Below, in pieces: positions 1 to 9,641 of a stretch of 64,000 bases of DNA (the stretch's first letter is position 1; the number at the start of each line of letters is the position of its first letter). The translations under genes and the position numbers were made by a program. The stretch lies in IMG/VR virus record IMGVR_UViG_3300030339_000025; one strand, written 5' to 3'. The notes beneath the pieces are model-generated. The model did no database searches. It was not told the DNA's origin and was given only the letters and a program-made list of their open reading frames with translations. The DNA comes from a virus.

Positions 1-8
1 GATATTTT

Positions 9-221
9 TTATTTTGATGATATTTTTGCTAATTTCTTTAATTTAAGTTTTCTAGTTCTTTGTTTATTAAATTTATAATTTTCACATTCAGGATTAATAC
101 AACCTATTTTTGGACCAAAAAAATAATATTTATTAGATTCTGTTGAGCCACAATTAGGACACGTACCTTCAGTACCTTCAGTTATAATTCTACAAAGTGG
201 TGGTGCTGGTTTTTGTTTCAT
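9..221 (-). CDS. small zinc-ribbon protein with C-terminal KLKLKKL tail
   Basis: CxxC...CxxC pairs in translation; C-terminus RKLKLKKLAK matches recurrent EKLKKL-type tail motif. Confidence 0.35.
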   Translation of the reverse strand: MKQKPAPPLCRIITEGTEGTCPNCGSTESNKYYFFGPKIGCINPECENYKFNKQRTRKLKLKKLAKISSK

Positions 222-223
222 AA

Positions 224-715
224 TTATTTTAAATTAATAAATTTTCCACGAATTCCACAATATTTTAATATTTCTACATTATTTTTGCCATATGCTACAA
301 GAACAGATGGTGCTCCAGCATTTGCTGATGCTTTTTCACCTGTTACATAATGAAAAAATAATCTACCTTCAATAAATAATAGAGCATCAGCTTTATTCCA
401 CACATGATCAAAAAACATTCTAGTTTCAGTTCTGGCAAATATTAATGCTATTCCATTACCATGTTCGGCAAGTTTGTTCAACCAATCCGCAGCTTGTAAC
501 CCATATGGTGGATTACACCAAACTCTACCAAACCATTTTTGTTTTAGTCCATTATCTTCAATTGTAAATTTATTTTTTGCTGTAGTCCAAGGTGATATTA
601 TTGGCGCACAAGGATCTAAATCAAAAATATCTAAAGCATCTAAAATATGTGGTGGTGTTAACCATTCATCATTTTGCATATTTGATGATTGATGCGATCC
701 TATTCCTTTTCTCAT
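224..715 (-). CDS. phage-type DNA N6-adenine methyltransferase (Dam-like)
   Basis: NPPY catalytic motif (WCNPPYG), overall similarity to phage Dam MTase family; inference from motif and length. Confidence 0.7.
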   Translation of the reverse strand: MRKGIGSHQSSNMQNDEWLTPPHILDALDIFDLDPCAPIISPWTTAKNKFTIEDNGLKQKWFGRVWCNPPYGLQAADWLNKLAEHGNGIALIFARTETRMFFDHVWNKADALLFIEGRLFFHYVTGEKASANAGAPSVLVAYGKNNVEILKYCGIRGKFINLK

Positions 716-1347
716 ATTTTAATAGATTCTAAAATATCACAGCAAAACACTGTCATTTCATAATTAATTGGAACAAAATCAAAAGATAACCCTAATTCTG
801 ATGGTGCTTTATAATCTGGCATAATTATATTCCAAATTCTTTTTCTTTCATCCCATTCTTTTTCCAATTCTTTTTGACGTTCTTCTGCCATTATATTCCA
901 ATCTTCTTTATCCCAATCATAATTACTTTGATCTGTATTATTTTGATAATGATAATCTTTAAATTGTGAATATTTATTTAATACTTGTTTTTGATAATCT
1001 CTTGGTAATCCAAATAGTTGAATATAGATATTGTTTTCACAAAAATAAACAACTGCTGAAGCAGAAATATTAAATGGATGGTGTTCACCTATTTTTTCTT
1101 CTTTCCTAATAATATTTTCTAAAATAAATTCTGAAAAATTTATTTCTTTTAATTCTTTCCAAGTTAAATCTGAAGGTAGAAACGGATATCTATCTTTTTT
1201 TAAAATCCAATCAGCAGAAGAAAAATTACATTTCATTAACATATTTTTTGTTAATTCAATATACTCTTTCTTAATCTCTTTTAATACTGATATAAGTTCT
1301 TCTCCATTACCTTCAAATTTGAAAGCATTATAAATTTTTGTACTCAT
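712..1347 (-). CDS. hypothetical protein
   Basis: 211-aa intact ORF, stop/start coupled with neighbours (ATGA overlaps). Confidence 0.35.
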   Translation of the reverse strand: MSTKIYNAFKFEGNGEELISVLKEIKKEYIELTKNMLMKCNFSSADWILKKDRYPFLPSDLTWKELKEINFSEFILENIIRKEEKIGEHHPFNISASAVVYFCENNIYIQLFGLPRDYQKQVLNKYSQFKDYHYQNNTDQSNYDWDKEDWNIMAEERQKELEKEWDERKRIWNIIMPDYKAPSELGLSFDFVPINYEMTVFCCDILESIKI

Positions 1348-2237
1348 TAAATTGATTTAATTTTTTCTAATTTTTCTTTTCTTTCTGCTTTTAGTAAATC
1401 AAATTTTGCATTTAATATAAGATCAAAATCAATTGGTGTTACTTGAATGTTATGTGATTTAATATAATCATCAATTTCAGTGTTATTTTCTTCAGTCAAT
1501 CTTTTTATTACGTTATACGATTTAACTTCTTCGCCTTTTTCTTTTGCTTCTTTTTCGATTTGTTTTATAACAGAATTTCTAGCAAATCTTCTAATACGAG
1601 TTTCTTCTGATGGTATAAATTTTAATATTTTATTTATCAATTCAGAACCACGAAAATTATCATTTAATGAATTCCAATAATGATTAGGATCAAATAATTG
1701 AATTTTTATACTAAATCCTCTAACTTCATCAAATGCATACCAATCTTTTTCTCGTTGTTTCCATTGCTGTCTTGATACACTTTCGTCTGGATCACATTGA
1801 TTTTGACAATACCAGTCTTCTAAAAATTCTAATAAAATGTTTTTGTGCTCATTTACTATAATACTAGGATATACTAATATTTTTCTATTATTGATGGCTT
1901 GTATAGATATATTTAAATGAGCCATAAAATCATTTATATAAGTACATTTAGATAGAATTTTTGATGCTTGAAATAGATATGATAATATTGTTGTATCATC
2001 ATTGATTTCTATTTTTTTTATTTTATCTTTTAATTCTACTTCGGTAATTGCTTCATATTCAATCCTTTTTATTATATCATAATGTTTATCAATATGATCA
2101 GTAAAAGCAGCTGCATAACTTTTTGCTAATTTGTTTTCTGATGCTTCTTTAAATCTATCTAATCTTTTAACAATTTCGTCTTGTATAAATTTGATGCTTT
2201 TTCTAGACATCATTCCATCATATGCTTTTAAACTCAT
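1347..2237 (-). CDS. hypothetical protein
   Basis: 296-aa ORF in same-strand block, coupled to downstream gene. Confidence 0.35.
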   Translation of the reverse strand: MSLKAYDGMMSRKSIKFIQDEIVKRLDRFKEASENKLAKSYAAAFTDHIDKHYDIIKRIEYEAITEVELKDKIKKIEINDDTTILSYLFQASKILSKCTYINDFMAHLNISIQAINNRKILVYPSIIVNEHKNILLEFLEDWYCQNQCDPDESVSRQQWKQREKDWYAFDEVRGFSIKIQLFDPNHYWNSLNDNFRGSELINKILKFIPSEETRIRRFARNSVIKQIEKEAKEKGEEVKSYNVIKRLTEENNTEIDDYIKSHNIQVTPIDFDLILNAKFDLLKAERKEKLEKIKSI

Positions 2238-2239
2238 AA

Positions 2240-2641
2240 TTATAACACTTTTTTAATACAATCACTTACAATTTTACCATCATATTTTTTACCAAAAAAT
2301 TCTTTTGATTCAGCAATTATTTTACCCATATCTCGTATGGTATATAATTTTTCATGATAATATTCCTGACGATCAAAAATATTTTGCAAAAAATCTAATA
2401 CTTCTTTTTCAGTTACTTTTTCTGGCATATATGTTGAAAGTATTTTAACTTCAGAAATGTTATTACATTCTGTTGCACCTTCAATCATTCGTTTAAGTAT
2501 TTTAAGTACTTGTTCATCAGTAAGTTCTTTACTTTCTTCTCGACTCATTTCTCCTACAACTACTTTTAGCAGATTCCTTTTAGGAATATTTGTAGTCATT
2601 GATTCTTTTAAATCATTTTTAATTTGTTCTTGTAATATCAT
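2240..2641 (-). CDS. hypothetical protein
   Basis: 133-aa ORF, acidic/lysine rich. Confidence 0.3.
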   Translation of the reverse strand: MILQEQIKNDLKESMTTNIPKRNLLKVVVGEMSREESKELTDEQVLKILKRMIEGATECNNISEVKILSTYMPEKVTEKEVLDFLQNIFDRQEYYHEKLYTIRDMGKIIAESKEFFGKKYDGKIVSDCIKKVL

Positions 2642-2647
2642 TATATT

Positions 2648-3187
2648 TTATTTTTTTAATAATTCTTCTAGTAAATCCCACATTTCAATATATTCTGGTT
2701 TTTCAAAAAATTTCCAAAATGATTTTCTTCTTTTGAGCATTTTTTTAAAGTGATAATTTTCTTTACGATATAGATCCGCCATTCTACTTCCACCATTGGT
2801 ACTATATTTAACATTTGCCAATCTGTCACACAATTTGACAAAAGTTGCATATTTAGTATTTCTAATCCCCTTATAATATTTATCATTTGCTCTTTCTGCT
2901 CTGTTTCTACCTTTTTCATTAGTACAGGCGTATGCAATTTCCGCAACCATTATATTTGTTGACTTTTTAAGGTCGTTAAAGGTGACGCTAGATACATCTT
3001 CAATAATATCATGGCACCAGCAACCAGATATAACATTATTTCTATCTTTTTCTGGTATTAAGTGAATAAATAGTTTAGCAAAATATTCAGCCATTTCTAA
3101 ATGATAATCATATGAATGACCATTGTATTTTTGATTTATTGATTTGTGTGAATCAATAGCTAATTTTTTTGCGATTTCTATATTCAT
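2648..3187 (-). CDS. HD-domain phosphohydrolase
   Basis: H...HD...D metal-binding pattern (HSYDYH ... CWCHDIIED). Confidence 0.5.
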   Translation of the reverse strand: MNIEIAKKLAIDSHKSINQKYNGHSYDYHLEMAEYFAKLFIHLIPEKDRNNVISGCWCHDIIEDVSSVTFNDLKKSTNIMVAEIAYACTNEKGRNRAERANDKYYKGIRNTKYATFVKLCDRLANVKYSTNGGSRMADLYRKENYHFKKMLKRRKSFWKFFEKPEYIEMWDLLEELLKK

Positions 3188-3291
3188 GATATTTAATTTT
3201 TAATTTTTACAAATATAATAAATATATTTCAATAAACAAAATTAGTTTGAAAAATGACACAATTGAAGATTGAATTTTTATATATAGAATT

Positions 3292-3825
3292 ATGAGAATT
3301 TATAAAACTACAAATAAGATTAATGGTAAAATTTATATAGGTCAAGATAAAAATGATAGAAAAAATTATTTTGGCAGTGGTTATATTATAAAAAATGCTA
3401 TAAAAAAATATGGTAAATCTAATTTCACTAAAGATATATTAGAGGTTTGCAACAATGAAAAAGAATTAAATGATAGAGAATACTTTTGGATTAAATTTTT
3501 TGATTCTAAAAATCCAAAAATAGGGTATAATATAAAAGACGGAGGAGGATATGTAGGAAATAAATTGGATATACACGCAAATAGAATAAATATTTTGAAA
3601 AAAATATCAGAAAATCATGCTGATGTTAGTGGTGATAAAAATCCAATGTATGGAAAAAAACATAGCGATGAGTCAAAGAAAAATATGTCAATAAATACTA
3701 AAAACACGTTTAAAAATAATCCTAATTTAATTAAAAATCATAGTATCACCATGAAGGAAAAATCCAAAGGTAGAAATAATTCTAATTATAATCCAACTGA
3801 AGTTTTACAAATTAGAATCTTGTAA
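3292..3825 (+). CDS. GIY-YIG homing endonuclease with NUMOD3-like repeats
   Basis: N-terminal RIYK...KIYIGQ (GIY/YIG) motifs; C-terminal NPMYGKKHSDESKKNMS repeats typical of phage Seg/I-Tev-like HEGs; lone plus-strand gene inside a minus-strand block. Confidence 0.7.
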   Translation: MRIYKTTNKINGKIYIGQDKNDRKNYFGSGYIIKNAIKKYGKSNFTKDILEVCNNEKELNDREYFWIKFFDSKNPKIGYNIKDGGGYVGNKLDIHANRINILKKISENHADVSGDKNPMYGKKHSDESKKNMSINTKNTFKNNPNLIKNHSITMKEKSKGRNNSNYNPTEVLQIRIL

Positions 3826-3830
3826 TTTCA

Positions 3831-4238
3831 TTAGTTTAGATCCCAACAAAGTTCTGTCATAAATCTGTGATTATCTGGATATTCAGAAATTTCCTTATCA
3901 GCTGCATCTAAAAACATTTTTAGATCATTATTTTTTAGGCATAGTTGGTCATAATGATTTAATTTAGCAATATGAATTATATAATCATAATCTTCATCTC
4001 TTAAGTGCCCTTTTAACGGTATAATTCTACCTACACAACTTTCCCAATGAATATTTTTACCATCAAAAGTAATATAATACCAATCTTCACCATCATCACC
4101 AATGGCTATTAATCTTTCAGTTTTAAAAAATGCATCAGTCATAATATGTTGACCTTTTAATCTGTTAAATTCTTCTAAAATTATTTTAAGATTACCATCT
4201 GGATTTTGTAGATGCTCTTCCCATTCTTGTTTGTTCAT
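3831..4238 (-). CDS. hypothetical protein
   Basis: 135-aa ORF downstream of gmd. Confidence 0.3.
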   Translation of the reverse strand: MNKQEWEEHLQNPDGNLKIILEEFNRLKGQHIMTDAFFKTERLIAIGDDGEDWYYITFDGKNIHWESCVGRIIPLKGHLRDEDYDYIIHIAKLNHYDQLCLKNNDLKMFLDAADKEISEYPDNHRFMTELCWDLN

Positions 4239-4248
4239 AATAAAAATT

Positions 4249-5247
4249 TTAATTATTTAAATCGTATTCCATCATAATTTTAACCAATTCTTTAAATTTA
4301 ACTTTTGATTCCCAGCCTAAAACATTTTTTGCTTTTGTTGAGTTTCCTAAAAGTAAATCTACTTCTGATGGTCTGAAGTATTTAGAATCTATTTTAATTA
4401 CAGTTTTACCTGTTTTTTTATCTATTCCTATTTCATCATTACCAGAGCCTTTCCATTCAATTTCAACATGAATATGCTTAGAAGCTTCTTCAATAAATTC
4501 CCTATTTGTGTGTCCTTCTCCTGTTGCAATAACAAAATCATCTGGCTCTGAATGTTCTAAAATTTTTATCATGGCATCACAATATTCTGGTGCATATCCC
4601 CAATCTCTTGAACTATCAATATTTCCTAAATGAATAGGCTCTCCTGTTTTTGTCCATTTAACTAAACCTTGAGTTATTTTTTTTGTAACAAAATTACCAC
4701 CCCGTCTTTCTGATTCATGATTAAATAATATTCCATTTGAAATAAACATATTATAAGAATCTCTATAATTTTTAGAAATCCAAAATGAATATAATTTTGC
4801 AACGCCATACGGTGATCTAGGATGAAAAGGTGTAGATTCCGTTTGTGGTATTTCTTGAACTTTTCCAAATAATTCTGATGTTGTAGCATTATAAACTCTA
4901 CATTCTGGACAATGCTTTTTAACAGCTTCTAAAATCATTAAAGTACCTAATCCATCAGTTTGAGCTGTGTATAAAGGCAAAAAGAATGATATTTGTACGT
5001 GACTTTGAGCTGCTAAATTGTAAATTCTATCCGGTTTTATTTTGTTAATTATTTCATCTATACTTAATGGATCAGTTAAATCTCCATAATGCAAATTTAG
5101 TTTATCAAATATGTGATCTATTCTACTGGTATTAAATGAGCTTGATCTTCTTATAACTCCATGAACTTCATTTCCTTGTTCTAATAATTTTTCCGCTAAA
5201 TAGCTCCCATCTTGACCTGTCACTCCTGTTATTAATATTTTTTTCAT
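4249..5247 (-). CDS. gmd: GDP-mannose 4,6-dehydratase
   Basis: N-terminal ILITGVTGQDGSYLAEKLL Rossmann motif and near full-length similarity to Gmd. Confidence 0.9.
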   Translation of the reverse strand: MKKILITGVTGQDGSYLAEKLLEQGNEVHGVIRRSSSFNTSRIDHIFDKLNLHYGDLTDPLSIDEIINKIKPDRIYNLAAQSHVQISFFLPLYTAQTDGLGTLMILEAVKKHCPECRVYNATTSELFGKVQEIPQTESTPFHPRSPYGVAKLYSFWISKNYRDSYNMFISNGILFNHESERRGGNFVTKKITQGLVKWTKTGEPIHLGNIDSSRDWGYAPEYCDAMIKILEHSEPDDFVIATGEGHTNREFIEEASKHIHVEIEWKGSGNDEIGIDKKTGKTVIKIDSKYFRPSEVDLLLGNSTKAKNVLGWESKVKFKELVKIMMEYDLNN

Positions 5248-5254
5248 TTATTTT

Positions 5255-6184
5255 TTATTTTAATGTACTTAGATAATTTTTATAAGTTTCTATTATGCCT
5301 TCTTTTAATTCTATTGTATGAAACCACCCTAATGAATGTATTTTAGATACATCTAATAATTTTTTTGGAGTTCCATCAGGTTTAGAAGAATCAAAAAATA
5401 TGTCACCTTCAAACCCTATATATTTTTTCATTAGAAATGCTAATTCCTTTATTGATAAATCTGTACCAGAACCAACATTTATTATTTCACTATCATTATA
5501 ATTTTCCATTAAAAATATACAAGCATCAGCTAGATCATCAACATGTAAAAATTCTCTATAAGGCGAGCCTGTTCCCCAAAGTATTATATATTTATCACCT
5601 CTAATTTTAGCTTCATGAATTTTCCTTATTAATGCTGGAAATACATGTGAATTTTCTAAATGGTAAGAATCGTTTATTCCATATAGATTTGTTGGCATTA
5701 CAGAAATATAATTAGTATTATATTGTTTATTATATGATTGACACATTTTAATGCCAGCAATCTTTGCAATTGAATATGCATCATTTGTTTCTTCTAAATA
5801 GCCAGATAATAAGTATTCTTCTTTAATTGGTTGAGTACAATTTTTAGGATAAATACAACTTGATCCTAAAAACAATAATTTTTTTATATTAAACTTATAA
5901 CAAGCGTTTATTACATTTGCTTCAACCATTAAATTTTGATAAATAAATTCGGCTGGATAAAGATTATTTGCCATAATTCCTCCAACTTTAGCAGCAGCTA
6001 AAAATACATACTCTGGTTTTTCATTTTTAAAAAAATTATAAGTTTTTTTTTGATTTGTGAGATCAACCTCTTTATGACTTACAGTAATTATATTTGTGTA
6101 TCCCTGATTTAATAATTCTCTTAATATTGCACTACCGACCATTCCATTATGACCAGCTACAAAAATTTTACTATTTAATTCCAT
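5255..6184 (-). CDS. fcl: GDP-L-fucose synthase (GDP-4-keto-6-deoxymannose 3,5-epimerase/4-reductase)
   Basis: IFVAGHNGMVGSAI..., LAAAKVGGI, LFLGSSCIYPK, SVMPTNLYG, KPDGTPRKLLDVSK — nearly colinear with enterobacterial Fcl. Confidence 0.85.
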   Translation of the reverse strand: MELNSKIFVAGHNGMVGSAILRELLNQGYTNIITVSHKEVDLTNQKKTYNFFKNEKPEYVFLAAAKVGGIMANNLYPAEFIYQNLMVEANVINACYKFNIKKLLFLGSSCIYPKNCTQPIKEEYLLSGYLEETNDAYSIAKIAGIKMCQSYNKQYNTNYISVMPTNLYGINDSYHLENSHVFPALIRKIHEAKIRGDKYIILWGTGSPYREFLHVDDLADACIFLMENYNDSEIINVGSGTDLSIKELAFLMKKYIGFEGDIFFDSSKPDGTPKKLLDVSKIHSLGWFHTIELKEGIIETYKNYLSTLK

Positions 6185-6196
6185 ATTTAATTTCTT

Positions 6197-6541
6197 TTAT
6201 TTGTGTCCTTTATAAAGTTTTACAGAGTCTTCAATTAGTGATTTTCCTTCTATAATTGATTTTTCCATCATTCTATTAATAGCCTCTACATATTTTGGCC
6301 TTTTTTGTTTAAAACAAATGTCAATTTTTCTTTTTAAGTCTGCAATTTCTATATCTGATGTTGATGATCCAATTGCATCTTCTAAATACCACATTCTACA
6401 ATGTAATATAGATAATTTTTCTATAACTTCACCAATATTATCAGTCTCAATAATATCTGACGGCATATCTACTTTTATTGATTTATTTAATGTATTATTA
6501 ATTGTTTCTTTAATAATATCTTCTATTCGTTCTCCTATCAT
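6197..6541 (-). CDS. hypothetical protein in glycan operon
   Basis: 114-aa ORF between fcl and DegT-like gene. Confidence 0.3.
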   Translation of the reverse strand: MIGERIEDIIKETINNTLNKSIKVDMPSDIIETDNIGEVIEKLSILHCRMWYLEDAIGSSTSDIEIADLKRKIDICFKQKRPKYVEAINRMMEKSIIEGKSLIEDSVKLYKGHK

Positions 6542-6542
6542 G

Positions 6543-7697
6543 TTACATATTTTTATTTATTATATCACAAATATACTCTACTTCTTTTAGACCTATATCT
6601 GGATTATTTGGTACATATAGACCATATTTATCTACTATATCTGCAAAGTTAAAAGATTGCTTTCCATATATTTTTATCCAATAAGGTTGATTTCCAATAG
6701 ATCCACAGATTAATGGTCTACAATCAACTCCACCTTTATTTAATTCTTCTGCAATTTTTTTTCTATTTGGATGAATTATAGGATAAGCAAAATTTGAAAT
6801 GTATGTATTTGGAAGATCAGTTATCTTCCAGTAATCATTTTTAATTAATGCATTATAATAGTAATAATTATATTGTCTTATATTTACAATTTTATCAACT
6901 TTATCTATTTGATTTATACCTATGAATGCCTGCAAATCAGTTGATCTTAGATTAAATCCAGGATAATAGAATGTATATAAATCTTTAAATTCATCTATTT
7001 CAAATCCTTTTTTTAATTTTGATTTAAACGAATCATCTAAATCCCTATTCCATCCGTGAGCCCTAATAGATTTTAAAATGTTATATAATTCATAGTCATC
7101 TGTTGTGATCATTCCGCCTTCTATTGTTGATAAATGATGGCCAAAATAGAATGAAAATGAACTCATTAAACCAAATGATCCAGTTTTTATTCCATTATAA
7201 GTTGAACCAATACTTTCACAAGAATCTTCTAACAAAATAATATTATTTTGATCACATAATTCTATTATTTCGTTCATTTTATTTGGAAATCCTAGCACAT
7301 GAACCAATATTACAACAGAAGGATTGTATTCTTTGATTAATCTTTTTAAATCATTAATATCTAAACCAAGTGTTTCTTTATCACATTCACAAAGAATAGG
7401 CGTTAGTCCAAATTGAATAATTGGAGTTACTGTTGTTGTCCATGATACTGCTGGTACTATAATATTATTATTTTTCAATTTACCAGAAATTAATAAACTA
7501 TAAATCATAGCAAGATTTGCTGATGAACCAGAATTAACATATACTGAATATTTTCTATTTTGATATTTAGAAAATTTTTCTTCAAATTCTATAGTAAGTT
7601 TATTCTTGGTAAGAATTGGATTTGTTTTTAACCATTCTATTAAAAGATTAATATCATTAGCATCAATAGTATCCTTAACTAAAGTTATTCGATTCAT
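6543..7697 (-). CDS. DegT/DnrJ/EryC1-family PLP/PMP enzyme, His-variant (ColD/E1-like sugar 3-dehydratase candidate)
   Basis: DegT-family fold signature; position of the usual PLP-lysine reads FSFYFGHHLSTIEGG (HH instead of K), the hallmark of GDP-4-keto-6-deoxymannose 3-dehydratase ColD / AscC. Confidence 0.65.
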   Translation of the reverse strand: MNRITLVKDTIDANDINLLIEWLKTNPILTKNKLTIEFEEKFSKYQNRKYSVYVNSGSSANLAMIYSLLISGKLKNNNIIVPAVSWTTTVTPIIQFGLTPILCECDKETLGLDINDLKRLIKEYNPSVVILVHVLGFPNKMNEIIELCDQNNIILLEDSCESIGSTYNGIKTGSFGLMSSFSFYFGHHLSTIEGGMITTDDYELYNILKSIRAHGWNRDLDDSFKSKLKKGFEIDEFKDLYTFYYPGFNLRSTDLQAFIGINQIDKVDKIVNIRQYNYYYYNALIKNDYWKITDLPNTYISNFAYPIIHPNRKKIAEELNKGGVDCRPLICGSIGNQPYWIKIYGKQSFNFADIVDKYGLYVPNNPDIGLKEVEYICDIINKNM

Positions 7698-8463
7698 TTC
7701 TTGTCTTAATTTTTTCTATCTCAGAGATAGTATCTTCATATAGATTATTATATAGAATTTGTTTAGATTTTAAGTAAAAAATATGTTCATTTGAAGTAAT
7801 ATTTTCTTTATAATCTTCGGTTACAAATTCATCATATTTCATATTAAAATGTGAATATAAAGTTCTAATAAAATCATTAACAAAAATTAATCTACCTGAA
7901 CCAATTATATTATCTGAAGTGGCTTTTATAGATTGATCTACAATAAATTTAGGATGTAATAATTCTCTATAAAAATAAGTATTACCAATCGTTATTTTCT
8001 TTTCATTAATAATGGAATCAAAAATTTTAGAAAATAAAAACCCTTCTTTCCGATAAATAGAATTAAAATTAAAAGGATGAAGAATTATAATATTTGAAAA
8101 TAATTTACTTATTATATTAATTAACAATCTTTTAGAATCAATATAATCTGTAGATCTGTAATCGTAAGGTGTACTTATATCAATAGCACCATCATAATTA
8201 TTCCATAGTTCACTTGTACCGTATATTATAATATTATTTGATGTCTTACTAAAATGCCTTATTATATTAATAATATAATCTACATTAGTATCTAAAAATA
8301 ATTGTTTATTATTTTGTATAAATGTTCTTTGTTCTGCTAAGCAAATATAAACTCTATCATATCTTTTATTTGTAAATTGAATATTCCTTGACGATATTTT
8401 TTCATAATTATCTGGAAAATAATATGATAATTGTGATGTGTTACCTATTACTAAATTTTTCAT
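7675..8463 (-). CDS. hypothetical protein, possible Rossmann-fold sugar-modifying enzyme
   Basis: N-terminal LVIGNTSQLS weak dinucleotide-binding-like motif; position in glycan operon. Confidence 0.25.
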   Translation of the reverse strand: MKNLVIGNTSQLSYYFPDNYEKISSRNIQFTNKRYDRVYICLAEQRTFIQNNKQLFLDTNVDYIINIIRHFSKTSNNIIIYGTSELWNNYDGAIDISTPYDYRSTDYIDSKRLLINIISKLFSNIIILHPFNFNSIYRKEGFLFSKIFDSIINEKKITIGNTYFYRELLHPKFIVDQSIKATSDNIIGSGRLIFVNDFIRTLYSHFNMKYDEFVTEDYKENITSNEHIFYLKSKQILYNNLYEDTISEIEKIKTRNESNNFS

Positions 8464-8480
8464 TTTTATTTAATTTTTAT

Positions 8481-9641
8481 TTATAATATTATTTCATGTA
8501 TAGTTTCATTAAAATAACTAAATTTTAATTTTACTTTACTTTCATCTACAATTATTCTATTTATAATAAAAAAATAATTTACGTTTTTTGCTATATGAGG
8601 ATATAATGCACCATATGATATATCAAAATTGCCATCATTATTTAAATCTATATAAGAATTAATGGTAATATTATATAAATCTTTATAACATTGAAAATTA
8701 ACTTGGTTATTTGTTCTTAATATATTTAATTCTTTAATATATTTTTTATTAAAAAATAAATTATATTTTTTAATAATTTCATCATTAATAATATCAAATA
8801 TATTATCACTATCATTATTAGTAATTAATATTCTGTCAGATTTACTAAATTCAGAGTAAAAAGCTATAATATAACTTGATGTTATTGCAATAAATGTTTT
8901 ATTAAAATCGTTGAAATTATGTTTTGTTAATGTATAACAATATGGACCAGATGCTCTACCAATTATTATATTACAAAACGTTGATAAATAAGATATTTCA
9001 TTCAAATCTGGTAAATTACAATTTATAAGATTGTTAGTAAATAAAATATTATCTTTTACTATATCTATTTTTTTAGTTAATATAAAATCAATATTTGGAT
9101 ATATATCTGATAATTTGTTAATTATAGAATCAAGTAAAATATTTGATTGAGCTGACAACACATCACCATTGCAAATTAGAATTTTAAATTTTTCATTATT
9201 TTTAATATATTTATCTACATTTTCTATTTCGAATTTTGAATAATCTATTTCTGGAATGTAAGAATTTTTTTCATTTAATTGTATAGTGAGTTTATTGTAA
9301 ATAAAAGAATAATATTTATAATATGCATCAAGTAAGGATTTATATGCTAACCATTCATTATCTTTTAATGCGAAATAATAAAGAATATTTGTTCTCATAA
9401 AGTGAATGTTTATATAAACATCTTGATTTATCTTATAATATGTTTGATCTATAAAACAATTTTCATTTAATTTTCCAAATTTAAGATTTTGTATATCAGA
9501 TAATAATTTTGACGATGATTTTTTTTCTAATATATAATATTCATCAAAATCAGTTTTATATATTATATCTTTCATAAATTCTCTATAATAATGTAAATCA
9601 CCATTGTGACAATTGAAATTATTAAAATAAAGTATTTTCAT
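8481..9641 (-). CDS. hypothetical protein in glycan operon
   Basis: 386-aa ORF, Asn/Ile/Tyr-rich. Confidence 0.3.
   Translation of the reverse strand: MKILYFNNFNCHNGDLHYYREFMKDIIYKTDFDEYYILEKKSSSKLLSDIQNLKFGKLNENCFIDQTYYKINQDVYINIHFMRTNILYYFALKDNEWLAYKSLLDAYYKYYSFIYNKLTIQLNEKNSYIPEIDYSKFEIENVDKYIKNNEKFKILICNGDVLSAQSNILLDSIINKLSDIYPNIDFILTKKIDIVKDNILFTNNLINCNLPDLNEISYLSTFCNIIIGRASGPYCYTLTKHNFNDFNKTFIAITSSYIIAFYSEFSKSDRILITNNDSDNIFDIINDEIIKKYNLFFNKKYIKELNILRTNNQVNFQCYKDLYNITINSYIDLNNDGNFDISYGALYPHIAKNVNYFFIINRIIVDESKVKLKFSYFNETIHEIIL

Noticed and set aside
474-692. Short antisense ORFs overlapping larger genes (e.g. 474..692+, 1480..1680+, 2457..2753+, 2668..2946-, 4674..4889-, 6318..6590+, 23225..23518+, 24251..24696+, 27037..27234+, 28491..28718+, 29738..29947-, 30732..30983+, 34287..34511-, 36479..36694-, 38738..38926+, 39634..39819-, 40283..40477-, 42150..42422+, 48591..48863-, 49800..50012+, 50113..50391+, 51214..51411+, 53650..53838+, 57932..58318+, 58502..58807+, 59020..59226-, 60628..60864-)
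   Set aside because: They lie fully inside longer ORFs with recognisable domains or strong coding character on the other strand and are low-complexity. Such ORFs are expected by chance in AT-rich DNA.
5255-6184. Calling the Fcl-like gene GDP-L-colitose synthase (ColC) to complete a colitose pathway
   Set aside because: Similarity to bona fide Fcl is too high and colinear for the more divergent ColC, so it is kept as fcl. The colitose-type inference rests only on the His-variant DegT enzyme.
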